From the NCBI GenBank assembly GCA_964445765.1, contig CAYULD010000003.1, forward strand, positions 76,571-140,570: a DNA stretch of 64,000 nucleotides, in the 5' to 3' direction. The position numbers and the translations under genes were made by a program. Position 1 is the stretch's first letter; every line of letters starts with the position of its first letter. Under the pieces are notes generated by a model. It saw nothing but the letters and a program-made list of their open reading frames with translations. It was not told the origin of the DNA and did not search any database. The DNA comes from an uncultured Rickettsiales bacterium. Lineage in GTDB: Bacteria; Pseudomonadota; Alphaproteobacteria; Rickettsiales; UBA8987. Below are positions 54,645 through 64,000 of this stretch, piece by piece.

Positions 54645-55754
54645 ATGAAAATAGAATCAGCAAAAACTATTGTAATCAAAATTGGATCATCAACCTTAGT
54701 TGATGAAAAATTTTCTCTTAGAGAAAAATGGCTAAAAAATTTTAGCTCTGATGTTTCTAATTTAATTGAGCAAGGTAAAAAAATTGTTATTGTTTCATCA
54801 GGTGCAGTGGCACTTGGCAGAAAATCTTTTGGTAAGGAAAAGGGCAAGCTAAAACTTGAGGAAAAGCAAGCCATATCTGCAATTGGGCAGCCTATTTTAG
54901 TTTCTCAATATCAAAAATTCTTCGCTAAAAATAAGTTGCAGACCGCACAAATTTTGCTCACAATTTCTGATACTGAAAATAGAAGAAATTATCTAAACGC
55001 TAGGAATACCTTTCAAACTTTACTTTCAAAAAAAATTATTCCCATAGTTAATGAAAATGATTCTGTTGCAACTGAGGAGCTTAAATTTGGTGATAATGAT
55101 AGGCTTTCTGCCTATGTGGCACAAATGATTTCCGCAGATTTACTTGTCATATTATCTGATGTTGATGGTTTATATTCTGAAAACCCTTCTAAAAATAAAA
55201 ATGCAAAACATATTAATTTGGTTGAGAAAATTACCCCAGAAATTGAAGCACTTGCAGGCGGTGCTTCATCTAATATTGGCACAGGCGGTATGATTACAAA
55301 AATTAAAGCTGCTAAAATTGCGGCTGAAAGTGGCTGTAATACAATAATTTCATCAAGTTTATTTAATCATTCTATTAAAAATATTTTTGAAAATAAGCAA
55401 AAATATACTTTGTTTTTATCGCAGGAGAAGCCAGAAAAAGCTCGTAAAACTTGGATATTAAACTCTTTAGTTAGTAAAGGTAAAATTGTGGTTGATAATG
55501 GTGCAGAAATTGCTCTTAAATCTCATAAAAGCCTTTTACCAGTTGGTGTTTTAGCGGTTGAAGGTTTATTTGAAAGGGGTGATAAAATTTCAATATTTTC
55601 TGCAAAAAATATTGAAATTGCAAAGGGTATTGTTGCTTATTCCTCTCAAGATATTAACTTGATAAAAGGTAAAAAATCATCAGAAATAGAAAAAATATTA
55701 GGTTTTTCCGGCAGGGAAGCAGTTGTTCATATTGATGATATGGTGGTGGTATAG
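54645..55754 (+). CDS. proB: Glutamate 5-kinase (with PUA domain)
   Basis: VIKIGSSTL, VSSGAVA, FGDNDRLSA, 369 aa. Confidence 0.92.
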   Translation: MKIESAKTIVIKIGSSTLVDEKFSLREKWLKNFSSDVSNLIEQGKKIVIVSSGAVALGRKSFGKEKGKLKLEEKQAISAIGQPILVSQYQKFFAKNKLQTAQILLTISDTENRRNYLNARNTFQTLLSKKIIPIVNENDSVATEELKFGDNDRLSAYVAQMISADLLVILSDVDGLYSENPSKNKNAKHINLVEKITPEIEALAGGASSNIGTGGMITKIKAAKIAAESGCNTIISSSLFNHSIKNIFENKQKYTLFLSQEKPEKARKTWILNSLVSKGKIVVDNGAEIALKSHKSLLPVGVLAVEGLFERGDKISIFSAKNIEIAKGIVAYSSQDINLIKGKKSSEIEKILGFSGREAVVHIDDMVVV

Positions 55755-55758
55755 TAAA

Positions 55759-57006
55759 ATGAATCTAAGTATTAAGAAAAAATTATTTGAAATTATAATT
55801 AATAATCAAAGCGAGATTGAAAATTGGTTTGCAAGCAAATATAACCAAAAATCTCCGCCATTTTATAGCTCTGTTGATATAAGGCATAGTGGCTATAAAA
55901 TTGCACCAGTTGATACAAATTTATTTCCAGCAGGCTTTAATTTACTTTCTGAAAAGCAAACCGCAAACGCAACTTTGCAGGCTAAAGAATATTTTACAAA
56001 ATTTTACCCAGCCGCTTCTAAAGTGCTGTTGATTGCAGAAAATCATACGAGAAATAAATTTTACTTAGAAAATGTTTTTGCCATTCAGAATATACTTAAA
56101 AATGCTGGGCTCAATGTAATTACCGCAAAGTTTAACTATGATGAGAATGATAAAATTTTAGAAACTGCCAATGGAAATAAAATTTTTTACCACCAAATTT
56201 TTAGAGAAAATGATATTATTTTCATTAATCAGAATGGCTTAGAAAAATTTATACCTGATGTTATTTTGGTTAATAATGATATGTCTTCTGGTGCTCCAGA
56301 GATATTAAAAAACCTTGCTCAGCCAGTTTTTCCGGCGATTGGAATGGGTTGGTATCAACGCAAGAAAACCAAGCATTTTGCTTCATATAATTTAATCGCA
56401 AGAGAATTTGCAGAAAAATTTGGGTTTGATCCGTGGCTGATTTCCTCAGCATTCACCAAGTGTGAAAAAATAAATTTTAGAGAAAAAGAGGGCTTAGAAT
56501 GTGTTGCTTTTAATGCCTCAGAGCTATTACAAAAAATAAAAGCAAAATATGATGAATATCAAATTTCAGAAAAGCCATATTTATTCGTTAAGGCAAATAG
56601 TGGCACTTATGGAATGGGCATAATGGTTTTGAAAGAGCCTTCAGATATTTTAGAAATTAATAAAAAAGATCGCCATAGCTTAGATAAAATTAAAGAGGGT
56701 TTAGAAAATAGTGAGGTTATTATTCAAGAGGGCATACCCACTATTGATGAATTTCAAGGCAAAACCGCTGAGCCAATGATTTATTTAGTTAATGGCAATA
56801 CAATTGGTTGCACTTATAGAATTAATAGTAACCAAGATAAATTTGGTAATCTCAATTCAAAAGGTATGGAATTTTTTAGCTTTGATAGAGATTGCAATTC
56901 TGAAATTAATAAGAATTTACTTGATAGAGAAAATTCAATGGATTGCCCTGTGCAATCGCTAATTGCAAGGCTTGCAACTTTGGCGGCAAGTAAAGAGGGG
57001 GCATAG
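55759..57006 (+). CDS. gshA: Glutamate-cysteine ligase (the type I recall as the Acidithiobacillus ferrooxidans-type GshA family)
   Basis: PPFYSSVDIRHSGYKIAPVDTNLFPAGFNLL matches my recollection of that family's N-terminal signature. Start moved to MNLSIKK (ATG 55759), just after the proB stop. Confidence 0.7.
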   Translation: MNLSIKKKLFEIIINNQSEIENWFASKYNQKSPPFYSSVDIRHSGYKIAPVDTNLFPAGFNLLSEKQTANATLQAKEYFTKFYPAASKVLLIAENHTRNKFYLENVFAIQNILKNAGLNVITAKFNYDENDKILETANGNKIFYHQIFRENDIIFINQNGLEKFIPDVILVNNDMSSGAPEILKNLAQPVFPAIGMGWYQRKKTKHFASYNLIAREFAEKFGFDPWLISSAFTKCEKINFREKEGLECVAFNASELLQKIKAKYDEYQISEKPYLFVKANSGTYGMGIMVLKEPSDILEINKKDRHSLDKIKEGLENSEVIIQEGIPTIDEFQGKTAEPMIYLVNGNTIGCTYRINSNQDKFGNLNSKGMEFFSFDRDCNSEINKNLLDRENSMDCPVQSLIARLATLAASKEGA

Positions 57007-58013
57007 TGGATCCCTTCTCTCACGGCTTTTTAGCAAGTATCGCCGCACAAAATATTTCTAAAAAAGAAAATGTAAAAAAAGCAACCATTTACGGCTTTTT
57101 AGCAGGTATTGCACCAGATTTAGATATTTTTATAAGATCCAAAACAGATACATTACTTGCGATTGAATTTCATAGGCATTTTACTCATTCAATCTTTTTT
57201 GTGCCAATTGGTGCTTTAATAGTTTCTGTTTTTTGGTGGTTAATATTTAGAAAAAATATTAAGTTTAAGTATGCATATTTATTTAGCTTTATAGGTATGT
57301 TTACCCACGGGCTTCTTGATGCTGCAACCTCATATGGAACAAGGCTTTATTGGCCATTATCTAATGAGCGAATTAGCTGGAGTATCATTTCAATTATTGA
57401 TCCATTATTTACTATTCCAATAGCTATTTTAGTAATTTTTATTTTTTTCAATAACTCAATTAAATTAAAAATATTTTCCTTAATTTTTATTTTTTCCTAT
57501 CTTTTTATTGGTTATATTCAACGCGAAAGAATTGAAGGCAACATTGAAATTTTAGCGAAATCTCGTGGGCATCAAATCCAGCATTTAGAAGTTAAGCCAA
57601 CAATTGGAAATAATATTTTATGGCGAACAAATTATATATTTAATGATAAAATTTATATTGATGCAATTAGAAGTAACTGGCTTGGCGATATAAAAATTTA
57701 TCAAGGTGAAAGCCTAAAATATACAAAGTTTCCAGACGATTTTAGTGATTTAGATAAAAATTCTGTTTTGTATAAAGATATTGAAAGATTTAATTTTTTC
57801 TCAAATAAATTTTTAGGCGTTAGGGAAGATTTTCCAAATGTAATTATAGATGCAAGATACAGCATTTCTGCCAATTCTTCACAGCCAATGTGGGGTGTTA
57901 TAATTGATAAAAAGCAACAGAATAATCACACAATTTTCAAAAATTTTCCAAGAAATATTACAGATAAAAAAATAGCAATTTTCAAAAAGCAATTAAAAGG
58001 TGAAGATTTATAA
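57006..58013 (+). CDS. Membrane-bound metal-dependent hydrolase, YdjM/DUF457-like
   Basis: MDPFSHGFL start, HR.FTHS, HGLLD motifs, multiple TM helices. The GTG start overlaps the gshA stop by 1 nt. Confidence 0.7.
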   Translation: MDPFSHGFLASIAAQNISKKENVKKATIYGFLAGIAPDLDIFIRSKTDTLLAIEFHRHFTHSIFFVPIGALIVSVFWWLIFRKNIKFKYAYLFSFIGMFTHGLLDAATSYGTRLYWPLSNERISWSIISIIDPLFTIPIAILVIFIFFNNSIKLKIFSLIFIFSYLFIGYIQRERIEGNIEILAKSRGHQIQHLEVKPTIGNNILWRTNYIFNDKIYIDAIRSNWLGDIKIYQGESLKYTKFPDDFSDLDKNSVLYKDIERFNFFSNKFLGVREDFPNVIIDARYSISANSSQPMWGVIIDKKQQNNHTIFKNFPRNITDKKIAIFKKQLKGEDL

Positions 58014-58640
58014 AACTAAATTTCCAATTTTAAGATTTCTTAGAAATATTTCATCAAATTCTGTGGTTGAAATATTTATCCCTAATTCTTTTAGAGAAGT
58101 AACGCCAAATTCTGAAATTCCGCAGGGAATTATCCCCTCAAAATGTTTTAAGTTGGGGTTAATATTTATTGATAAGCCGTGAAAAGAAACCCATTTACGA
58201 ACCCGAATCCCTATTGCCCCAATTTTTTTCTCTAAGCCTTTTTTATCATAGCACCAAATACCAACTCTACCCTCTCTTATAAAGCCTTTTACGCCTATTT
58301 CTGCAAGGCTATCTATGGTTGAATTTTCAATATCTTTAACAAATTGCCTTAAATCTGGTGTTTTGTAATGTTTTTTGAGATTTAACATCAAATAGCAAAT
58401 TCTCTGTCCGGGACCGTGATAGGTATATTTTCCACCCCTTCCAACATTGAAAATCGGAAAGCCATTATCATCAATTAAATCTTCTGATTTTGCAGAAGTG
58501 CCAGCGGTATAAACTGGTTTATGCTCAAGAAGCCAAATTTCCTCAGAGTTTTTATTGTTGATAATATCTTCAACTCTTTGCTCCATATGCTTCAGAGCTT
58601 CTTGATAATCAACCACATTATTAGAAATTGTAACTTGCAT
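58008..58640 (-). CDS. lipB: Octanoyltransferase
   Basis: LLEHKPVYTAGT, RGGKYTYHGPGQ, KIGAIGIR. Start moved to MQVTISN. Confidence 0.9.
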   Translation of the reverse strand: MQVTISNNVVDYQEALKHMEQRVEDIINNKNSEEIWLLEHKPVYTAGTSAKSEDLIDDNGFPIFNVGRGGKYTYHGPGQRICYLMLNLKKHYKTPDLRQFVKDIENSTIDSLAEIGVKGFIREGRVGIWCYDKKGLEKKIGAIGIRVRKWVSFHGLSININPNLKHFEGIIPCGISEFGVTSLKELGINISTTEFDEIFLRNLKIGNLVL

Positions 58641-58705
58641 ATTTATTAAAAATAAAGGGGCTGACACCTAATAACACTTTTTTTAGAATAGATTTTTGCT
58701 CTTAG

Positions 58706-58786
58706 GTCATTCTGAGCTTGAGCAAAGCGAAAGGGAAGGATCTAAAAAAATCAATATATTAGATTCTTCGCTTTGCTCAGAAGGAC
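58706..58786. repeat. Palindromic intergenic repeat, family A (longer spacer)
   Basis: gtcattctgagcttgagcaaagcgaaagggaaggatc ... agattcttcgctttgctcagaaggac. Confidence 0.8.
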
Positions 58787-58827
58787 ATATTAGTCTAATA
58801 TTATCTAATAATTCAAGAATTTTATTT

Positions 58828-59328
58828 TTATTGAAAAGGAATATAATGTTTGTTGTTAATATATTCCAATATTATTTCTAGGGCTTTTTGGCTGGCTTGA
58901 TTTCTAATTTCTGTTCTATTTCCGCTAAAATTAAATTTATAAGCCTTATTTCTGCCGGTTAATTTTTCAGCAAGTGCAATATAAACAAGCCCTATTGGTT
59001 TATTCTCTGAGCCACCATTAGGCCCAGCAATTCCAGTGATTGAAAGGGCGATAGTTGCATCTGATTTAGCCATTAAGCCATAAGACATTTCCTTTGCGGC
59101 CTCTTCAGAAACAGCCCCAAATTTTTCTAATGTTTCAAGTTTTACATCTAAAAATTTATGTTTTGAGGCGTTGCTGTAAGAAATAATTGCCATATCAAAA
59201 ACTTCAGAAGCCCCTGATAAACTGGTGATTTCTGATGCAACTAAACCCCCGGTGCAACTTTCTGCGGTTGCAATTTTTACTGATTTTAATTTAGCCTTTT
59301 CTATTATTTCTTTAACTATTTTTTCCAT
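58828..59328 (-). CDS. CinA C-terminal domain / nicotinamide-nucleotide amidase (PncC-like)
   Basis: IATAESCTGGL, SITGIAGPNGG, 166 aa. Confidence 0.88.
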   Translation of the reverse strand: MEKIVKEIIEKAKLKSVKIATAESCTGGLVASEITSLSGASEVFDMAIISYSNASKHKFLDVKLETLEKFGAVSEEAAKEMSYGLMAKSDATIALSITGIAGPNGGSENKPIGLVYIALAEKLTGRNKAYKFNFSGNRTEIRNQASQKALEIILEYINNKHYIPFQ

Positions 59329-59418
59329 AAGTTTTATTATTTACTTGTTAGTTTCTTGGTTGCATAGTTTATTTAATTTCTATAAAACCCCAATCCAAAT
59401 AAACTAATATTTCAGAAA

Positions 59419-60255
59419 ATGGATAGACTTAAATCAATTATTGAAAAATCTTGGGATGAAAGAGATGGAATAAACCTTCAAACTAAAGGTGAAGTTAGAG
59501 AAAGCGTTGAAGAAACTCTTTCACTACTTGATAAAGGCGTTATTAGAGTTTGTGATAAAATTGGTGCGGATTGGCAGGTTAACCAATGGGTAAAGAAAGG
59601 GATTTTATTATCATTTCGCCTTAATGATAACAGCCTTATGCCAAGTGGCACTTATTATGGAAATCATCAGGCGAGTTATTTTGATAAAGTTCCCCTAAAA
59701 TTTAATGGCTGGAGTGAGCAAGATTTCAGAAATGCTGGTTTTAGGGCAGTTCCGGGTGCGGTGGTTCGTAAATCTGCATATATTGGTAAAGGCGTCGTAT
59801 TAATGCCTTCTTTTGTAAATTTAGGTGCAAATGTCGGTGATGGAACAATGGTGGATACTTGGGCAACTGTTGGTTCTTGTGCACAAATTGGTAAAAATTG
59901 TCATATTTCAGGTGGTGCTGGAATTGGCGGAGTGCTTGAGCCTCTTCAAGCAAACCCAGTTATTATTGAAGATAATTGCTTTATTGGTGCTAGAAGTGAA
60001 GTTGCTGAAGGTGTTATAGTTGGCGAAGGATCAGTGCTTTCAATGGGCGTATATTTAGGTGCATCAACAAAAATTATTGATAGGGAAACTGGTGAAATAT
60101 TCTATGGAAAAGTTCCGCCATATTCAGTGGTAGTTGCTGGCAGTTTACCTTCCAAAAATCCAAATTCACCTGCATTATATTGTGCAGTAATTGTTAAAAG
60201 AGTTGATGAAAAAACCCGCAGTAAAACTGGTATTAATGAATTACTGAGGGATTAG
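59419..60255 (+). CDS. dapD: Tetrahydrodipicolinate N-succinyltransferase
   Basis: Hexapeptide repeats, GGVLEP, ...[14 protein letters not shown]-terminus, 278 aa. Confidence 0.92.
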   Translation: MDRLKSIIEKSWDERDGINLQTKGEVRESVEETLSLLDKGVIRVCDKIGADWQVNQWVKKGILLSFRLNDNSLMPSGTYYGNHQASYFDKVPLKFNGWSEQDFRNAGFRAVPGAVVRKSAYIGKGVVLMPSFVNLGANVGDGTMVDTWATVGSCAQIGKNCHISGGAGIGGVLEPLQANPVIIEDNCFIGARSEVAEGVIVGEGSVLSMGVYLGASTKIIDRETGEIFYGKVPPYSVVVAGSLPSKNPNSPALYCAVIVKRVDEKTRSKTGINELLRD

Positions 60256-60306
60256 GTTTTAGGTTCTAGGTTTTAGGGAAGAAGTAAACTAGAAGCTGGA
60301 ACTTGA
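60251..60306. repeat. Family C heptamer-arm element
   Basis: attaggttttaggttctaggttttaggg, then the partly complementary actagaagctggaacttg. Begins within the dapD stop codon region. Confidence 0.6.
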
Positions 60307-60328
60307 TTCAGAATATACTCAAAAAATT

Positions 60329-60361
60329 TCCTCTACCTCTGGGATAGGGGAGGGTGAGGGC
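60329..60361. repeat. Palindromic repeat, family B
   Basis: cctctacctctgggataggggagggtgagggc. Shares the ..g(a/g)gtgagggcaaa end with the copy at 12383. Confidence 0.65.
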
Positions 60362-60378
60362 AAAGGCAAAGAAAAAAT

Positions 60379-61137
60379 ATGCAAAGCACAATTGAAAAAC
60401 AAGATTTTGGCAGATTTTTAATCTTAGGGATTGGCTTTTTGATTTTATTTTTGGCAAATATTTTCTTAATCCTAAATGCTAATTTTGAATATAATTTTTG
60501 GATTTTAATTCCGCTATTATTTGTTAGTATTTACCTTGCGGATTTCACCTCTGGAATTTTACATTTTATCGTAGATTTTACTCCTTGCAAAAAAGGTGTT
60601 GGCTTAGATAGGCTTTTTTATTTTGAAGACAAAAGAGATAGTGATGAATATCGCAATTTGAGACTACAAGTGATGAAAAAAGCCGGCGTATTTCAGCATT
60701 TCGTTTACTTTTTTAAGCACCATCATTTAGTTAGCCCTGCAAATATTGCTCGCAGAAGTGCTTTTACAACTTTTCTTCCAACAATTCCAATTAGTTCTGG
60801 ATATTTGTTTATAAATTTAATCTTACTTTTATCAGGCTTTAATTTGCCAAATTTAACTATGCTATTTTTTCTTACAGGCTTTATAGTTTTATTTGCACAA
60901 TATTTTCATTCTTGCACACATGGCAGAAAATATGTGCCACTAATTGTAAAATTTTTACAAAATATTGGTTTAATTCTAACTGTTAAAAAACATATTTTGC
61001 ACCATAAAGACCCCACAAAATATTTTTGTTTTGTTAATGGCTGGGCGGATCCCGCGGTGAATTTTATAACTTCTAAATTAGTAAATTTAGGTATATATAG
61101 CAATGCAGGCCTATCTGCACCTGAGAAAGAATTTTAA
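60379..61137 (+). CDS. Membrane histidine-motif lipid desaturase of the CarF/TMEM189(PEDS1)/FAD4 family
   Basis: LADFTSGILHFIVD, FKHHHLVSPANI, HSCTHG, HILHHKDPTKYFCFVNGW. Confidence 0.75.
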   Translation: MQSTIEKQDFGRFLILGIGFLILFLANIFLILNANFEYNFWILIPLLFVSIYLADFTSGILHFIVDFTPCKKGVGLDRLFYFEDKRDSDEYRNLRLQVMKKAGVFQHFVYFFKHHHLVSPANIARRSAFTTFLPTIPISSGYLFINLILLLSGFNLPNLTMLFFLTGFIVLFAQYFHSCTHGRKYVPLIVKFLQNIGLILTVKKHILHHKDPTKYFCFVNGWADPAVNFITSKLVNLGIYSNAGLSAPEKEF

Positions 61138-61149
61138 TTTTTTTATAAG

Positions 61150-62883
61150 ATGAATATTTATAATTTATTTAAGGATAAAATTTTTGAGGTTACAAAGCTC
61201 AGCTTTTCTGAATTAGCTGATAATAATTTCTATCAAAATTTTATCGTTGAAGCCCCAAAAGAAGCAAAATTTGGTGATTTATCAACTAATATTGCGATGG
61301 TTTTAGCTAAACCACTTTCCAAAAAACCGCTAGAAATTGCAAATATTTTAATAGAAAAATTAAAAAATTTAGAATTTGTTTCTAAATGTGAAATTGCAGC
61401 TGCCGGCTTTATAAATATATCTTTAAGTAATAAAATTTATTACCAAATTTTATCTGAAATATTAAAGCAGAAAAATGATTTTGGAAAATCTAACTTAGGT
61501 AAAAATCTTAGTGTAAATCTTGAATTTCTATCAGCTAACCCAACTGGGCCAATGCATATAGGCCACGCTAGAAACGCCGTTGTTGGCGATGTTCTTGCAA
61601 ATATTTTGATGGCAACTGGTTATAAAGTTACAAAAGAATATTATGTGAATGATGCAGGCGGACAAATTGAAGTTTTAGCTAAATCTGCTTTTTTAAGGTA
61701 TAAAGAAAAACTCGGCATAAATATTGGTGAAATTCCTAAAGGTTTATATCCGGGGGAATATTTAATTGAAGTTGCTGAGAAATTTATTGAAAAATATGGC
61801 GATAAATTTCTTAATGATGAATATTATCCGCAGGAATTAAAAGAGTTTGCAACCTCTGAAATGTTAATGCTGATTAAAAAAGATTTAGCAAATCTTGGCG
61901 TTAATTTTGATATATGGTCATCAGAAAAAAAGCTCTATGATGATAAAAAACTTGAGGAGTCCCTCGCTTATCTTCAAAATCAAAACTTACTATATCGTGG
62001 TATATTAGAAGCCCCAAAAGGCAAGCCCATTGAAGATTACGAGCCTAGAGAGCAATTATTATTCAAAGCAAAAGAATATGGTGATGATACTGATAGACCA
62101 TTACAAAAATCAGATGGCACATATACTTATTTTTCAGGTGATATAGCTTATCATTTTGATAAAATTTCTCGTGGTTTTGAAAAATTATTTTTGGTTTTAG
62201 GGGCAGATCACGCAGGTTATGTTAAAAGGCTATCAGCTGTTGTTTCTGCACTTTCAAATAAGAAAACTGAAATAAAAATTTTGCTTTCTCAGCTAGTTAA
62301 GGTGGTTGAAAACGGCTTGCCAGTTAAAATGTCTAAACGAGCAGGTAATTTTATTACAATGTCTGAAGTTTTAGAAAAAGTTGGTAAAGATGTTCTTCGC
62401 TTTATAATGCTTACTAAAAAATCGGATACTCAATTAGATTTTGACTTGGCAAAAGTTTTGGAAACCTCAAAAGATAATCCAGTTTTTTATGTGCAATATG
62501 CATATGCAAGAATAAATTCTGTAAAAAGAAAATTCCAAGAAATTTTTAATGATGATTTTGAAAATTCTAAAATTAATTTAGAAAATTTAGGGCTTTTAAC
62601 TCATAATCTTGAAATTTCGCTTATTAAAAAATTATCTGACTACCCCAAGATTCTTGAGCTTTCATCTATACATTCTGAGCCTCACAGAATAACTTTTTAC
62701 CTCTATGAGCTTGCGAGTGATTTCCATCAATTATGGAATGTTGGTAAAGATGAAAATATTAATTTTGTTGATGAAAATAATAAAAATCTTTCAATCGCAA
62801 GGCTTAAATTAATATCTGCCGTTCAAATAACCATAAGAAACGCTCTTAATATTTTGGGAGTAACGCCAGTTGAAAAAATGTAA
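61150..62883 (+). CDS. argS: Arginyl-tRNA synthetase
   Basis: ANPTGPMHIGHARN (HIGH), VKMSKRAGN (KMSK), 577 aa. Confidence 0.95.
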   Translation: MNIYNLFKDKIFEVTKLSFSELADNNFYQNFIVEAPKEAKFGDLSTNIAMVLAKPLSKKPLEIANILIEKLKNLEFVSKCEIAAAGFINISLSNKIYYQILSEILKQKNDFGKSNLGKNLSVNLEFLSANPTGPMHIGHARNAVVGDVLANILMATGYKVTKEYYVNDAGGQIEVLAKSAFLRYKEKLGINIGEIPKGLYPGEYLIEVAEKFIEKYGDKFLNDEYYPQELKEFATSEMLMLIKKDLANLGVNFDIWSSEKKLYDDKKLEESLAYLQNQNLLYRGILEAPKGKPIEDYEPREQLLFKAKEYGDDTDRPLQKSDGTYTYFSGDIAYHFDKISRGFEKLFLVLGADHAGYVKRLSAVVSALSNKKTEIKILLSQLVKVVENGLPVKMSKRAGNFITMSEVLEKVGKDVLRFIMLTKKSDTQLDFDLAKVLETSKDNPVFYVQYAYARINSVKRKFQEIFNDDFENSKINLENLGLLTHNLEISLIKKLSDYPKILELSSIHSEPHRITFYLYELASDFHQLWNVGKDENINFVDENNKNLSIARLKLISAVQITIRNALNILGVTPVEKM

Positions 62884-62984
62884 CTTAGTAAAATTTACCT
62901 TAAGATTTTCTAAAAAAGCATTTTTTTACTTTCATTATTTTCTTATTCAATTTAACCTACAAGCTAGAACCAAAAATTTTCTTT

Positions 62985-63926
62985 ATGGATAAAAGACCAT
63001 CAAACCTAGATGAAGAACAAAAATCAGGCTCTATATTGCTTCCATTATTTGCATTTGTTGCGCTTGGCCTATTTTTAACATTATGCTGGTATGCCTATAA
63101 TTACTATATAAACTCTCAAAAAGCGGATGGTGTTTATTACATAAAAGCTGATAAATCTGCTTTCAAAGTTAAGCCAACTGAGCCGGGTGGAATGGAAATT
63201 AGCAATCAAGATAAGCAAATTTTCAACGCTATGAAAGGCGATTCTGAAAATATTGATGGTGAAGTTAATATCGTTGAAAATTCTCAAGAAGAAGTTGTAA
63301 AAATCAATCTTCCAGATGAAAATAAATCTAACTTAGAAGATGGTGGCTTAGTTTCTGCGGTTGAAAGTGAAGTTAAGAAAATTGAAAATAATCTTGATGA
63401 AAAAGATAAAAAGAAACTTGAAGTTATTCAAAAAGAAAATGAAAAACTTATTAATGAAGCTAAGCAAATTGCTGAGGCTAAACCTAATCAGGATATAAAA
63501 TTAATTGAGCAAAAACAAACGGAAGAAATTTCTAAAAAAGAAATTGTTCAAGAAAAAGTTGAAACGAAAATCAATGCTGAGAAAAAAGTTGAAAGCATAT
63601 CTAACTCTGAAGATTCCTCAACGGGTGTTAACAAAACAACCATTGCACTAAAAAGCTCTAGTAAAGAAGCAGTTGGTGGCAAGGGCTTTTATGTGCAAAT
63701 TAGCTCTCACAGGTCAATTTCTGATTTAGAAAATGGCTGGAATAGATTCCTCAAAAAAATTCCAAATGGCAATGATGGTAAAGCCAAAAATATTTCTGAA
63801 GCAATGGTTAATGGTGCAAAATATTTCCGCTTAAGTTTTGGCCCTTATACACAGAAATCTGAAGCTGTTTCAAAATGCACCGCTCTAAAATCTAAAGGTC
63901 AAGATTGCTTAATTCAGGTATATTAG
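62985..63926 (+). CDS. SPOR-domain (peptidoglycan-binding) membrane-anchored protein
   Basis: N-terminal TM, Lys/Glu-rich linker, C-terminal FYVQISSHRS...FRLSFGPY SPOR-like domain. Confidence 0.75.
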   Translation: MDKRPSNLDEEQKSGSILLPLFAFVALGLFLTLCWYAYNYYINSQKADGVYYIKADKSAFKVKPTEPGGMEISNQDKQIFNAMKGDSENIDGEVNIVENSQEEVVKINLPDENKSNLEDGGLVSAVESEVKKIENNLDEKDKKKLEVIQKENEKLINEAKQIAEAKPNQDIKLIEQKQTEEISKKEIVQEKVETKINAEKKVESISNSEDSSTGVNKTTIALKSSSKEAVGGKGFYVQISSHRSISDLENGWNRFLKKIPNGNDGKAKNISEAMVNGAKYFRLSFGPYTQKSEAVSKCTALKSKGQDCLIQVY

Positions 63927-64000
63927 TATTTAGATCTTTTTTATAATTTATAGATTTATTAAAGGTGTTTTGATTTTTAATTATGCCTTTAGTTTTTTCG

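Noticed and set aside
54581-54874. 97-aa minus-strand ORF (and the 61-aa ORF at 58696-58881) ending in or containing ..SSLCSE
   Set aside because: Both are created by family A palindromic repeats, and the first overlaps the proB 5' end. They are artefacts of the repeat, not genes.
63983-64000. Possible start of a further gene (ATG at 63983, MPLVFS..) at the right edge
   Set aside because: Only 6 codons are visible, which is not enough to support a call.

Overview
AT-rich chromosomal segment. Hand counts of single 60-nt lines give about 28-30% G+C as typical, with extremes of 13% and 50%. Gene content looks alphaproteobacterial: a DUF1058-type SH3 protein, a DUF6898-like mini-protein, an ExoD-like protein and alpha-type FtsZ, plus flagellar genes fliI and csrA. 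I cannot place the lineage more precisely. All product calls come from motifs I recognise in the translations; no searches were run.

The window is densely packed with about 60 protein genes, mostly housekeeping: serB, tsaD, pepA, htpG, pdxH, ftsZ, purK, gpsA, rimM, rpsP, glmU, der, prfB (with its programmed +1 frameshift), kdsB, rpmE, rnhA, ndk, mutS, a thiolase/dehydrogenase/acyl-CoA dehydrogenase beta-oxidation operon, proB, gshA, lipB, dapD and argS. I saw no rRNA, tRNA, CRISPR array, transposase or integrase.

No single obvious new multi-gene system such as a defence island is visible. The accessory or unusual parts are the best candidates:
1. A very cysteine-rich protein made of tandem modules with knottin-like Cys spacing, running off the left edge.
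2. A tolC-hlyD-ABC type I secretion-like operon whose ABC protein has every catalytic ATPase motif degenerate.
3. A leaderless GH24 lysozyme-like protein paired with a lipoprotein.
4. Three tandem paralogous, unusually large type IV pilin-like genes with no assembly machinery nearby.
5. A tightly coupled N-acyltransferase / TonB-dependent receptor / GT2 operon.
6. An HExxH (M48-like) protease gene whose reading frame is set by an (AT)11 tract.
7. A 271-nt element with terminal inverted repeats, flanked by TA.
8. At least three families of short palindromic repeats, one copy lying in-frame inside a glycosyltransferase gene.
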